From Clostridia bacterium (GTDB taxonomy: Bacteria > Bacillota > Clostridia > Oscillospirales > CAG-272): a stretch of DNA of 30,695 nucleotides. The notes below the pieces were generated by a model that was given only the letters and a program-made list of their open reading frames with translations, had not been told where the DNA came from and searched no databases. A program made the translations under genes and the position numbers. Below, one piece after another: positions 18,312-27,185 of the stretch (the first letter of the stretch is position 1; each line of letters starts with the position of its first letter). The stretch covers positions 1-30,695 of the forward strand of contig JAFYMA010000147.1 of NCBI GenBank assembly GCA_017556845.1. Direction: 5' to 3'.

Positions 18312-18340
18312 TTGACTTATCACAAATTAGATGATATAAT
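18312..18340 (+). promoter_or_regulatory. sigma-A promoter of rarA
   Basis: TTGACT-17 bp-TATAAT with extended -10 TG. Confidence 0.85.
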
Positions 18341-18376
18341 TATTATGGTTAATTGTCGAAGGATGGTGAAGGACTT

Positions 18377-19642
18377 ATGATGGGCAGACCGTTGGCGGAC
18401 CGTATGCGCCCTACGGATTTTGATGATATCGTCGGGCAGGAGCACCTGTTCGGTAAAAACGGGGCACTGCGGAGAATGATCGAAAGCGGACATATAGCCA
18501 ATATGATCTTCTTCGGCCCTCCCGGCACGGGAAAGACGACGTGTGCAAACATAATCGCAAAGCGCTCGGGAATGACTCTTTACAAGCTGAACGCAACGAC
18601 GGCGTCACTTGCAGACGTTCGGCAGATAGCAGAGCAAACGCAGTCTGCGTTGGGCGAGGGCGGCATTCTTCTTTATCTCGACGAGATCCAATATTTCAAC
18701 AAAAAGCAGCAGCAATCGCTTCTTGAATATATCGAGGACGGGCGCATAACGCTCATAGCGTCAACCGCGGAAAATCCGTTTTTCTCCGTATACAGCGCCG
18801 TGATCTCCCGTTGTGCAGTGTTCGAATTCAAGCCCGTCAAGCCTCAAAGCATCGCTTCAAGACTGCAAAGTGCGGTCGATATACTCAATTCCGACAACGA
18901 AAGACAAGTATCTCTTGAAAACGGCGTCGGTGAATACATAGCAGGTGTATGCGGGGGCGATGTCAGACGTGCCATAACCGTGCTTGAGCACATATATTAC
19001 GGCTCAGGCGATATAATAACGAAGGAAACGGCGGATATGTTCATTCCGGACGCTATGCGCGGTGTCGGCGCATTCGCCAAGGACGGCGACAGCCACTACG
19101 ATCTGTTATCCGCTTTTCAGAAATCAATACGCGGCTCGGATGCAAGTGCATCTGTATTCTATCTTGCAAAGCTGCTCGGTGCAGGTGAGCTTCTCAGCGT
19201 TATACGCCGTTTGTCAGTCATAGCCTCCGAGGATATAGGAGCCGCTTATCCAATGGCAAGCGCAATAACGTATGCGTGCTGTCAGCAGGCGCTGTCACTC
19301 GGTCTTCCCGAGGCGAGAATACCTCTTGCAAACTGCGTTATAATGCTGGCAACGAGCCCAAAATCCGTAAGTGCGCTCGATGCATACGAAAAAGCCGCAG
19401 ACGATATATCAAAGGGGCTTGGAAAGAATATTCCCTCTCATCTTCAGGACAGCCATTATTCAGGTGCCGAAGCCATCGGCCACGGAAACGGCTACAAATA
19501 CCCGCACGCCTTTGAAAACGATTACGTTTTTCAGCAGTATCTGCCAAACGATATAAAGGACAGAGAGTATTACGTATACGGCTCAAATAAGACCGAGCAG
19601 GCTGCAAAGGCATATTGGGACAAGATCAAAAATAAAAAATAA
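18377..19642 (+). CDS. rarA: Replication-associated recombination protein A (MgsA/RarA AAA+ ATPase)
   Basis: PLADRMRP, GPPGTGKT Walker A, YLDEIQ Walker B, TAENP, SEDIG, HLQDSHY, YKYPH. Start placed at the ATG after the GAAGGA RBS. Confidence 0.95.
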   Translation: MMGRPLADRMRPTDFDDIVGQEHLFGKNGALRRMIESGHIANMIFFGPPGTGKTTCANIIAKRSGMTLYKLNATTASLADVRQIAEQTQSALGEGGILLYLDEIQYFNKKQQQSLLEYIEDGRITLIASTAENPFFSVYSAVISRCAVFEFKPVKPQSIASRLQSAVDILNSDNERQVSLENGVGEYIAGVCGGDVRRAITVLEHIYYGSGDIITKETADMFIPDAMRGVGAFAKDGDSHYDLLSAFQKSIRGSDASASVFYLAKLLGAGELLSVIRRLSVIASEDIGAAYPMASAITYACCQQALSLGLPEARIPLANCVIMLATSPKSVSALDAYEKAADDISKGLGKNIPSHLQDSHYSGAEAIGHGNGYKYPHAFENDYVFQQYLPNDIKDREYYVYGSNKTEQAAKAYWDKIKNKK

Positions 19643-19716
19643 TCTGTTGACAGAATTCTGCCGCATTCCTCACTTTCGATGCGGTAATATAAAGCTCTGT
19701 CAGGAAAGACGTAAAA

Positions 19717-20352
19717 ATGCAAAGACCTATTTTCGTGGTCATATCAAAAACCGATACAGCAATGCCAAAGCCTGCAGGAAGCTACTACAATCACGTTGCA
19801 ATATCGTTCCAGAAGGAGCTGAACGTGATGTATTCGTTCACAAGATACCGTGTGAACACCCCATACGTTGGCGGCTTCGTTGCCGAAAAGCCTTCAAGAT
19901 ACATGTTATGCGACGAACCTACGCCGATAAAATTGTATATACTTATGGCAGACGATGAGGATTATCAACGCATACGTGACAAGGTAGATGCTTTTTCAAA
20001 AAACAGAAAAAATTACGTATACGATATTTTCAGCGATATTTCATCAAAAAAATCCGATAAACAAATAAACGGAGCCTTTACGGACGTTGGATTTGTTTGC
20101 AACATACTCGAAATACAGAACGTTCACACCGTAAAGCAGCTTGAAGGTGAATTGGAATTTTGCCGTGTATATACGGGAACGATGCAAAAATATCTGCACG
20201 GAGAATACGAGTGCGACGACGTGTACTATACACGCCAGAGTTTCGGCAAGGTGTTTTTTACCACGGTGGGCCATTTTCTGACGCTGGCGGTTCGGCACAT
20301 CAAATGTAAGTCCAAAAAAGAAAATAACGGCAAAAAGGAGCAAAAGAAATGA
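19717..20352 (+). CDS. Hypothetical protein, distant permuted papain-like (YiiX/YebB-type) resemblance
   Basis: YNHVAISF...MYSF..Y...P..GGFV.E pattern; ATGA-coupled to the next gene. The fold call is tentative. Confidence 0.5.
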   Translation: MQRPIFVVISKTDTAMPKPAGSYYNHVAISFQKELNVMYSFTRYRVNTPYVGGFVAEKPSRYMLCDEPTPIKLYILMADDEDYQRIRDKVDAFSKNRKNYVYDIFSDISSKKSDKQINGAFTDVGFVCNILEIQNVHTVKQLEGELEFCRVYTGTMQKYLHGEYECDDVYYTRQSFGKVFFTTVGHFLTLAVRHIKCKSKKENNGKKEQKK

Positions 20353-21011
20353 TAAAAACAGAAGATCTGTTCGATCTTGAGCATACGCTGGCAAAGGACT
20401 TTCTTAAAAAATTCGAGCATCCGTACGATGCCCTTCCGAGCATAAAGAGCTTCGTTACGGAGCTTATACAGACTCTTGATAAAAGCGAATATTATTCGCC
20501 CGCCCCGAACGTATGGATATCAAACGAGGCGACGGTTGCAAAAAGTGCGTATATTGAAGGCCCTACCGTCATATGCGCAGGCACGGAAATACGCCACTGT
20601 GCGTATATAAGAGGCAGTGTTCTCGTCGGAAAAAACTGCGTTATCGGCAATTCAACGGAGCTTAAAAACTGCATTATCTTTGATAATGCTCAAGTTCCTC
20701 ATTTTAACTATATCGGAGATTCGATCCTCGGTTACAGATCGCATCTCGGCGCAGGAGCTATAATATCAAATCTGAAAAGCGACAAAACGAACATCGTCAT
20801 TAAGAGCGACAACGTATGTATAGAAACGGGATTGCGCAAATTCGGCGCTATGGTTGCCGATTTCGTTGAGGTAGGCTGTAACAGCGTTCTTAATCCCGGT
20901 ACGGTCATAGGAAGAAATTCAGTAGTATATCCGACAAGCTGTGTCAGAGGAATAGTTCCCGAAAACAGCATATTCAAGGGTGTAAAGGGAATATCACCCA
21001 AAAGATCTTAA
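20349..21011 (+). CDS. Stand-alone left-handed beta-helix acetyltransferase homologous to the GlmU C-terminal domain
   Basis: Hexapeptide repeats; EIRHCAYIRG, GNSTELKN, PHFNYIGDSILG, GAGAIISN, KFGA. No N-terminal nucleotidyltransferase domain. Directly upstream of glmM and glmS. Confidence 0.85.
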   Translation: MIKTEDLFDLEHTLAKDFLKKFEHPYDALPSIKSFVTELIQTLDKSEYYSPAPNVWISNEATVAKSAYIEGPTVICAGTEIRHCAYIRGSVLVGKNCVIGNSTELKNCIIFDNAQVPHFNYIGDSILGYRSHLGAGAIISNLKSDKTNIVIKSDNVCIETGLRKFGAMVADFVEVGCNSVLNPGTVIGRNSVVYPTSCVRGIVPENSIFKGVKGISPKRS

Positions 21012-21056
21012 AACAAAAATATTGCCGCTTTTGCGGCGGAACGGAGATAAATCAAT

Positions 21057-22412
21057 ATGGGACGTTTATTCGGAACAGACGGTGTAAGAGGAATCGCCAA
21101 TAAAGAATTGACCTGCGAATTAGCATTAAATATAGGACGTGCGGCAGCATCGGTGCTTGCGGGCGGAACAAGACGCAGACCGTTGTTCGTCGTAGGAAGC
21201 GACACGCGTATGTCGTCTGATATGCTTGCCTGTGCAGTCACCGCGGGACTTTGCTCCGTAGGTGCTGACGTAATAAATTTAGGAGTAGTTCCCACGCCTG
21301 CCGTAGCGTATCTCGTAGGCAAATACAAGGCAGATGCGGGCATTATGATATCGGCATCTCACAACCCTGCAAAATTCAACGGAATAAAGCTGTTTTCCGG
21401 CGACGGCTATAAGCTGCCAGATATGATCGAAGAGCAGATAGAACGCATCGTTCTTGACGAAGAGGGAGACGTCGGCACGTTGCCCATAGCAGGTGCAATA
21501 GGCAAGATATACGTCGGATACAATCCCGTAAAGGATTATACGGACCATGTAAGAACGTCTGTACCAAACTCCCTTGACGGACTTAAGATAGCCGTAGACT
21601 GTGCAAACGGCTCGGCATCGGTTACAGCCGAAAAGCTTTTTACGTCTCTCGGTGCTGAATGCGTATTTATGCATTGCTCTCCCGACGGAGAAAACATAAA
21701 CGAAAAATGCGGTTCAACTCATATGGAAAGCCTTGCTCTGTACGTCAAGGAAAACGGATGCGATGCAGGTATCGCCTTTGACGGCGACGCCGACAGATGT
21801 CTTTGTGTTGACGAAAACGGCAATCTGATAGACGGCGATATGATAATGGCTATCTGCGCTCTCGACCTTGCGAGCCGAGGCAAGCTTAATAAAAATACCG
21901 TCGTCGGTACTATAATGACCAACTTCGGCTTTAGCAAATTCTGTGAGGAAAACGGATTACGGTTTGAAGCCACAAAGGTCGGAGACCGCTTCGTTCTTGA
22001 AGAAATGCTTCTTGAAGAATACGATTTCGGAGGAGAACAGTCAGGTCATATCATTTTCCGTGATTTTGCGACCACTGGTGACGGTCAGCTCACCGCAGTA
22101 CAGCTTTTATCACATATGAAAAGAAGCGGCAAGAAGCTTTCAGAGCTTGCAAGCGTTATGAAGCGTTATCCGCAGGTAATGGTAAACCTTGAAATATCCG
22201 CAGAGGGCAAGCTTCATTTCTATACAAACAGAGTTATCAAAGAGGCTATGGAAGAGGCAAAACGCACGCTCGGCAAGGAAGGCAGAATAGTTGTTCGTCC
22301 GTCGGGCACAGAGCCTTTGATAAGAATAATGGCAGAGGGCGACGACCACGAAAAGATCACGGCGGTTGTAAATTCTCTTGCAAACACGATAAAATCCGAG
22401 CTTGTAAATTGA
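21057..22412 (+). CDS. glmM: Phosphoglucosamine mutase
   Basis: LFGTDGVRG, MISASHNP (phosphoserine), FDGDADR, VGDRFV, GGEQSGH, RPSGTEP. Confidence 0.97.
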   Translation: MGRLFGTDGVRGIANKELTCELALNIGRAAASVLAGGTRRRPLFVVGSDTRMSSDMLACAVTAGLCSVGADVINLGVVPTPAVAYLVGKYKADAGIMISASHNPAKFNGIKLFSGDGYKLPDMIEEQIERIVLDEEGDVGTLPIAGAIGKIYVGYNPVKDYTDHVRTSVPNSLDGLKIAVDCANGSASVTAEKLFTSLGAECVFMHCSPDGENINEKCGSTHMESLALYVKENGCDAGIAFDGDADRCLCVDENGNLIDGDMIMAICALDLASRGKLNKNTVVGTIMTNFGFSKFCEENGLRFEATKVGDRFVLEEMLLEEYDFGGEQSGHIIFRDFATTGDGQLTAVQLLSHMKRSGKKLSELASVMKRYPQVMVNLEISAEGKLHFYTNRVIKEAMEEAKRTLGKEGRIVVRPSGTEPLIRIMAEGDDHEKITAVVNSLANTIKSELVN

Positions 22413-22529
22413 TCATCTGATTTCATTTTTGATCCGTATATACTGCTTGACCGAAGAATAAATAATTCACGTTTGGGAAAAAACAAGATAAGAAAACGTT
22501 GAAAATTTATATTTCGGAGGATATATATC

Positions 22530-24326
22530 ATGTGCGGAATCATCGGATACACGGGCAAAGATCAGGCTTTACAAATAGTTATGCGCGGACTTGCTGCATT
22601 GGAGTACAGAGGGTACGATTCATGCGGCTTGTCCGCTTTTTCTTCTGACGGTGATGAAATAACGGTCATAAAAAAAGCAGGACGGCTGAAAGTGCTTTCC
22701 GAGGCACTCAGCACCGTACAGTTAAACACCCGATGCGCCATAGGCCATACCCGCTGGGCGACACACGGAGCGGTAACGGAAGAAAACGCCCATCCCCACA
22801 GAGTCGGCAAAACGGTCATAGTCCACAACGGCATAATAGAAAATTACAAGCAGATAGAAAGCGAATTGCAATGCTCATTTCAAGGCTCGACCGACACTGA
22901 ACGGGCTTGCGCTTTGATCGACCGCTATTACGAGCAGACACACGACGGAAAGCAGGCTATAATCAACGCCTGCTCACAGATCGAAGGCTCATACGCCTTT
23001 CTCATTATGTTTGAGGACGAAAAAGATACTATCTATGCAACGTCACGTGCGTGTCCTCTTATCGTTGGACACGGCGAAAACGGCTCTTGCGCCATCTCCG
23101 ATATATCTGCGTGCAGGCTTGATACTTACTGCCGGCTGAATGACGGTGAATCAGCGCGTTTGACTCCCGACGGAATATCAGTTTACGCTTCTGACGGGCA
23201 TGAGCTTAAAGGCAGACTTTTACCGACGGACGTAAAGACGGAATTGCCAAGCAAAAACGGATATCCGCATTTTATGCTGAAGGAAATAAATGAAATACCG
23301 ACGGTGCTCAGAAAAACGGTCGATGCAAATACAAAGGACGGTCTGCCTTTTTTCAAATCAATACCCGACAGCGTTTTAAAGGATATGAAGAGACTTACCG
23401 TTATCGGATGCGGTACGGCATATCACGCAGGTCTTTGCGCCGTTCACACAGCAAGAGAGCTATCCGGAATTGACGGGGCGGCGTATATTGCATCTGAATA
23501 CAGATACTCACGTCCGACGGTGAAAAAGGGCGATGTCGTCGTCTTCATATCTCAATCGGGAGAAACCGCTGATACGCTGGCGTGCATAAGAATGTGCCGA
23601 TCGCTCGGTGCGTATACGCTTGGAATAATCAATGTTCCGTATTCTACAGCATCGTTTGAATGTGACGGAGTGATATACACGCACGCAGGATTTGAAATAG
23701 CCGTAGCAAGCACGAAGGCATACGTTTGCCAGCTTGCCGCTTTATATCTGCTTATATTCAAGGCGTCTCTTTTACAAAATGCACTATCCGAAAAAAAGGT
23801 AAGTGAATATACGAAAATACTCAAAAATGACGTACCCGAGAACGCTTATATCGACGAGGAAAAACGCAAGACCGTATACAATATTGCAAAAAAGCATAAG
23901 GATTCTGAAAATATGTTTTATATAGGCAGAGGCATTGACAGTATTCTGTGCAGCGAGGCATCGCTCAAGCTGAAAGAGGTATCGTATATCCACAGTGAAG
24001 CGTATCCCGCGGGCGAATTGAAGCACGGGGCGATCTCGCTTATAACTCCCGACGTTTCAGTATTCGTTATAGCGACCGACAAAAAGCTGATCGGAAAGAC
24101 CGAAAACAATATGCAGGAGGTCTCGTCAAGAGGCGGCAGACTGATACTGCTCGGCGACAGCGAGATGAAGAGCTGTGACATAATTCCGTGCAATTCTTTA
24201 CAAGGCATCTTTTCACCGTTTGCCGCATCTCCGCTTTTCCAGTTATATGCATATTACACAGCTTTACTGCGCGGATGTGACCCCGATATGCCGAGAAACC
24301 TTGCAAAATCCGTAACAGTTGAATAA
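22530..24326 (+). CDS. glmS: Glutamine-fructose-6-phosphate transaminase
   Basis: MCGIIG, GHTRWATHG, HNGIIENY, SQSGETADT, VASTKAY, GELKHG, PRNLAKSVTVE. Confidence 0.97.
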   Translation: MCGIIGYTGKDQALQIVMRGLAALEYRGYDSCGLSAFSSDGDEITVIKKAGRLKVLSEALSTVQLNTRCAIGHTRWATHGAVTEENAHPHRVGKTVIVHNGIIENYKQIESELQCSFQGSTDTERACALIDRYYEQTHDGKQAIINACSQIEGSYAFLIMFEDEKDTIYATSRACPLIVGHGENGSCAISDISACRLDTYCRLNDGESARLTPDGISVYASDGHELKGRLLPTDVKTELPSKNGYPHFMLKEINEIPTVLRKTVDANTKDGLPFFKSIPDSVLKDMKRLTVIGCGTAYHAGLCAVHTARELSGIDGAAYIASEYRYSRPTVKKGDVVVFISQSGETADTLACIRMCRSLGAYTLGIINVPYSTASFECDGVIYTHAGFEIAVASTKAYVCQLAALYLLIFKASLLQNALSEKKVSEYTKILKNDVPENAYIDEEKRKTVYNIAKKHKDSENMFYIGRGIDSILCSEASLKLKEVSYIHSEAYPAGELKHGAISLITPDVSVFVIATDKKLIGKTENNMQEVSSRGGRLILLGDSEMKSCDIIPCNSLQGIFSPFAASPLFQLYAYYTALLRGCDPDMPRNLAKSVTVE

Positions 24327-24332
24327 AAATAC

Positions 24333-24368
24333 AAAAAAGGACCGACAGAGGATATCCTCTATCGGTCC
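24333..24368. terminator. Terminator hairpin between convergent glmS and the surface-protein gene
   Basis: GGACCGACAGAGG-ATAT-CCTCTATCGGTCC (12 of 13 bp). The A6 run upstream gives a U-tract on the minus strand. Confidence 0.8.
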
Positions 24369-24398
24369 CTTGCATTAAATACCCGATTTGAAATTCAA

Positions 24399-25172
24399 TT
24401 ATTTCTTGGACTTCTTAACGAGAACTACAGCAACTACTGCCGCTACAGCAACTACTGCTATTATAATGATTATGGGAAAAACGGGGCTGCTCTTGCCGTC
24501 GTCTGCCTTGTCATCACTGTTCGTTGCAGCGGGAGCCTTTGTGGAGGCGTCCGTTGAAGCGTTTGTTGCAGGCGCATTTGTTGCAGGAGCGTTCGTTGCA
24601 GGAGCGTTTGTAGCAGGTGCTTCGGTTGTAGCATTTGTTGCAGGAGCGTTCGTCGCAGGTGCTTCGGTTGCAACGTCTGTTGCAGGAGCGTTATCGCCAC
24701 CCTCTGTCTTTTCAACGAAAGTTACGCCGCTTATGGAAATACCGTGATTTGAAAGTCCGCTTACAATATAAACAAGACCGCTGTAATCACTGCTGATCTC
24801 GATCTCGCTTTCTCTGATAGCCTGACCCCAGAAGCCGTAGGGAACTGAGGGCTGGAAGCTGCCTATTTTATTTCCTTCTGCATCCTGAAGAAAAACGTTA
24901 TCACTGATATCATAGTATGCAGAAGGATCGCTACCGTAGTATACGATAACCTTGGAATAATCAGCAAGATTAAGATCGCCAAGGCAAGCCTTCGGAGCGT
25001 CGCTGTTAAGGAAGTTGATAGTAACTCCGTCAAATTGTGCACCCTCATGTACAAAAACGCATCCGTTTGTGAAATCCGTAATTGAAGAAATGTCTACCTC
25101 GTAGTCAGCGGCAAAAACGCCTAATGTAAAGACCATCATAAGAGCGATGGTAAGTGCGAAAAACTTTTTCAT
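24399..25172 (-). CDS. Secreted, membrane-anchored protein with a CBM-like beta-sandwich, Thr/Ala/Pro repeat stalk and C-terminal TM
   Basis: Signal peptide MKKFFALTIALMMVFTLGVFA after a GGAGG RBS; ATNAP repeats; TM IIIIIAVVAVAAVVAVVLV followed by KKSKK. Confidence 0.8.
   Translation of the reverse strand: MKKFFALTIALMMVFTLGVFAADYEVDISSITDFTNGCVFVHEGAQFDGVTINFLNSDAPKACLGDLNLADYSKVIVYYGSDPSAYYDISDNVFLQDAEGNKIGSFQPSVPYGFWGQAIRESEIEISSDYSGLVYIVSGLSNHGISISGVTFVEKTEGGDNAPATDVATEAPATNAPATNATTEAPATNAPATNAPATNAPATNASTDASTKAPAATNSDDKADDGKSSPVFPIIIIIAVVAVAAVVAVVLVKKSKK
24559..24693 (-). repeat. Degenerate 15 bp tandem repeat encoding ATNAP/ATEAP
   Basis: About 8-9 degenerate units of GCAACAAATGCTCCT-like sequence, translating as PATNAPATNATTEAPATNAPATNAPATNAPATNA. 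Confidence 0.9.
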
Positions 25173-25203
25173 GTTTTTCCTCCTATAATTATTTGTTAAT
25201 TGA

Positions 25204-25232
25204 ATTATATCACACAACTTTATTGTTGTCAA
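25204..25232 (-). promoter_or_regulatory. Perfect consensus sigma-A promoter of the repeat-stalk surface protein
   Basis: TTGACA-17 bp-TATAAT with extended -10 TG. Confidence 0.9.
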
Positions 25233-25265
25233 TAGAATTTTTCACCGTTCTGCTCATTGCATCCG

Positions 25266-27185
25266 TTAGTAACAGACGTATTTTATGAGAAGAGATTCTC
25301 TTTTGTTCGGTATTTTAAGCTGTATACCGTTTTGCGCAAGCTCTTTTCCCGAAAATATAAAGCTTTCGTTTGTATCGGCATTTATAAATTCATACGTTTT
25401 GCTTTCATCAATTCCGCCGAGCATAACGTCTGCCGCGGCAAACGGGCATTCTTCTCTGCGGAAGGCAAGTATTATACCGCTGCTCGTTTCAGGCTCGTCG
25501 TATTGCGATGCCGCCCAAGATACAGTTTCCTTTGAGTTTTTTATCAAAGGATAGAAATCGCAAGTAAAATAGTGCTGAACGGACAAATACTCATTGAAAT
25601 ACTTTCTCGCCCAATCGAACGGCTCGTTCGTCGCTCCGACCTCCCACTCAAAATCGGCATGCTCCCACGTACGAACAGTCATTCCGGGTGAGTAAGCACT
25701 TCTGAAGCTGTACGTATCACCGAGCGTAGGGCCGTATCCTACGCCTGAATAAGGATACCACCACGCATTTCCTATCGTCTGAAGCTGATAGCCCTCAGGA
25801 GCGTTATCCCATATACTGCAATAATCGCTTCTCCAAAGCGTTATAGACCTTGCAAGCGCTTCTATGTCAAGTCGGTGTCCGCCGCCTGCACAGTTGTCGA
25901 TAAGCAGATACGGGAACCTTTCAAGAAGTGTGTCCCAGAATCTGTAAAGGTTGTTTATGTATCTTATCTCATTTACACCGTCACGGTCATTTTCGTCGTT
26001 CAATCTCCAGAACGGGATTGGACCTATGTTGAAATCCTGTCTGTAAAGCGTTATGCCGAGCCTTTGTATAAGCTCGCTGACCTTTTCTATCAAAGCTTCC
26101 GCGACCTCATCCTTATGCAAAGCGATTATGACGTTTTTATCATTGGGATCGTGCATCGGCTTCATATATTCAGTCCACGGCTCTACGTTCAGATTGATCC
26201 TTTCAGGCTCAAACCAAAGCTGGAATTTTATATTCTTTTCCTTAAGCCATTGCACAGCGTCCGAAAGGCCGCCCGGATGATAAAGCTTGCTCACCTGCCA
26301 CGTTCCGACGGTGCCCCATTCTGCCGACTGCTCTGCACACGTTTTGCCCTTCATAGGCTCATACCATCCGGCATCCATCCAGCAATAATTGAACGGAAGA
26401 GCTTCCTTGAAGATACCCTGCCACCGCCTTTTTAAAGCATCGGTGGAAATTCCGCCCCAGAATATCGCAGAAAACGGGCATTCCTTATCACGCTGCTGCT
26501 TTCCGACGGGAGAAACACAGTCCTTTATGTATCTTCTCCACATATTGTGAGCGTTGTCCTGACCGTTGTCGTATTCAAGGACAGTTACAGATGACGTTCT
26601 GAATTTTTCGCCCGGCTTCATGTAAAATCGGACGCCCTCTATACGAGAAAGAAGCCTTACGTCCTTTTCTCCGCGCTCAAACTGAGCATTCCACTGGCCC
26701 GTCCAACCTATCGCCATGAGAACGCCCTTTTCCCGTCTGTTAAGATCAAAAAACGGTGACGTTCCCATTCCGCTTCTGCCCGAATGATTGGCTGCCTTCA
26801 GCGTTTCATTCGGCCAAAAGCGTGTGGCGTACGCCATATTATCGTAATCGGTGATGTTCGCTCCGTCTGTAATATAGAGCTTCAGCGTGTCAGTCGTCCA
26901 CACGGAATGCTTGTTTTTTCTGTTTTTCGCAGGATCTGCATCAAATTCAGCCGTAGTATCGCAGTCCCACAGATCTGATACTATACCGCTGTTACGGTCG
27001 GTATCATTGTACCAGTAATTCGTCCATTTTATTACGTTGTACTTTAGAAATCTTTCTATACGGCATTCTATGCACAAGCCGTCAGACAGAGTATATTTTA
27101 TTCCTTTTTCGGTTTCAACGATCGTTTTTTCAAGCTCCTCAAACGGAACGCCGTTATATTTAAAAGAAAAACCGGGATTTATCAT
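25266..27185 (-). CDS. Alpha-galactosidase (GH36)
   Basis: CWMDAGWY, LWFEPER, YRQDFN (nucleophile), IDNCAGGGHRLD, WRSD (acid/base). No signal peptide. Confidence 0.88.
   Translation of the reverse strand: MINPGFSFKYNGVPFEELEKTIVETEKGIKYTLSDGLCIECRIERFLKYNVIKWTNYWYNDTDRNSGIVSDLWDCDTTAEFDADPAKNRKNKHSVWTTDTLKLYITDGANITDYDNMAYATRFWPNETLKAANHSGRSGMGTSPFFDLNRREKGVLMAIGWTGQWNAQFERGEKDVRLLSRIEGVRFYMKPGEKFRTSSVTVLEYDNGQDNAHNMWRRYIKDCVSPVGKQQRDKECPFSAIFWGGISTDALKRRWQGIFKEALPFNYCWMDAGWYEPMKGKTCAEQSAEWGTVGTWQVSKLYHPGGLSDAVQWLKEKNIKFQLWFEPERINLNVEPWTEYMKPMHDPNDKNVIIALHKDEVAEALIEKVSELIQRLGITLYRQDFNIGPIPFWRLNDENDRDGVNEIRYINNLYRFWDTLLERFPYLLIDNCAGGGHRLDIEALARSITLWRSDYCSIWDNAPEGYQLQTIGNAWWYPYSGVGYGPTLGDTYSFRSAYSPGMTVRTWEHADFEWEVGATNEPFDWARKYFNEYLSVQHYFTCDFYPLIKNSKETVSWAASQYDEPETSSGIILAFRREECPFAAADVMLGGIDESKTYEFINADTNESFIFSGKELAQNGIQLKIPNKRESLLIKYVCY

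Noticed and set aside
18353-18376. Longer ORF-track starts for rarA (also 25232, 29065, 29761, 13179 for other genes)
   Set aside because: Downstream ATGs have properly spaced RBSs and match the family N-termini; some extensions overlap promoter elements.
19643-19716. Promoter or terminator between rarA and the next operon
   Set aside because: A TTGACA and a 6 bp CCGCAT/ATGCGG stem are present, but there is no properly spaced -10 and no U-tract, so neither call is supported.
22413-22529. glmS ribozyme between glmM and glmS
   Set aside because: The spacer is only 117 bp, AT-rich, and lacks the AGCGCC cleavage-site core and the paired regions of the ribozyme.
24559-24693. CRISPR array
   Set aside because: The repeats are contiguous 15 bp in-frame coding units with no unique spacers, and no cas genes are present.
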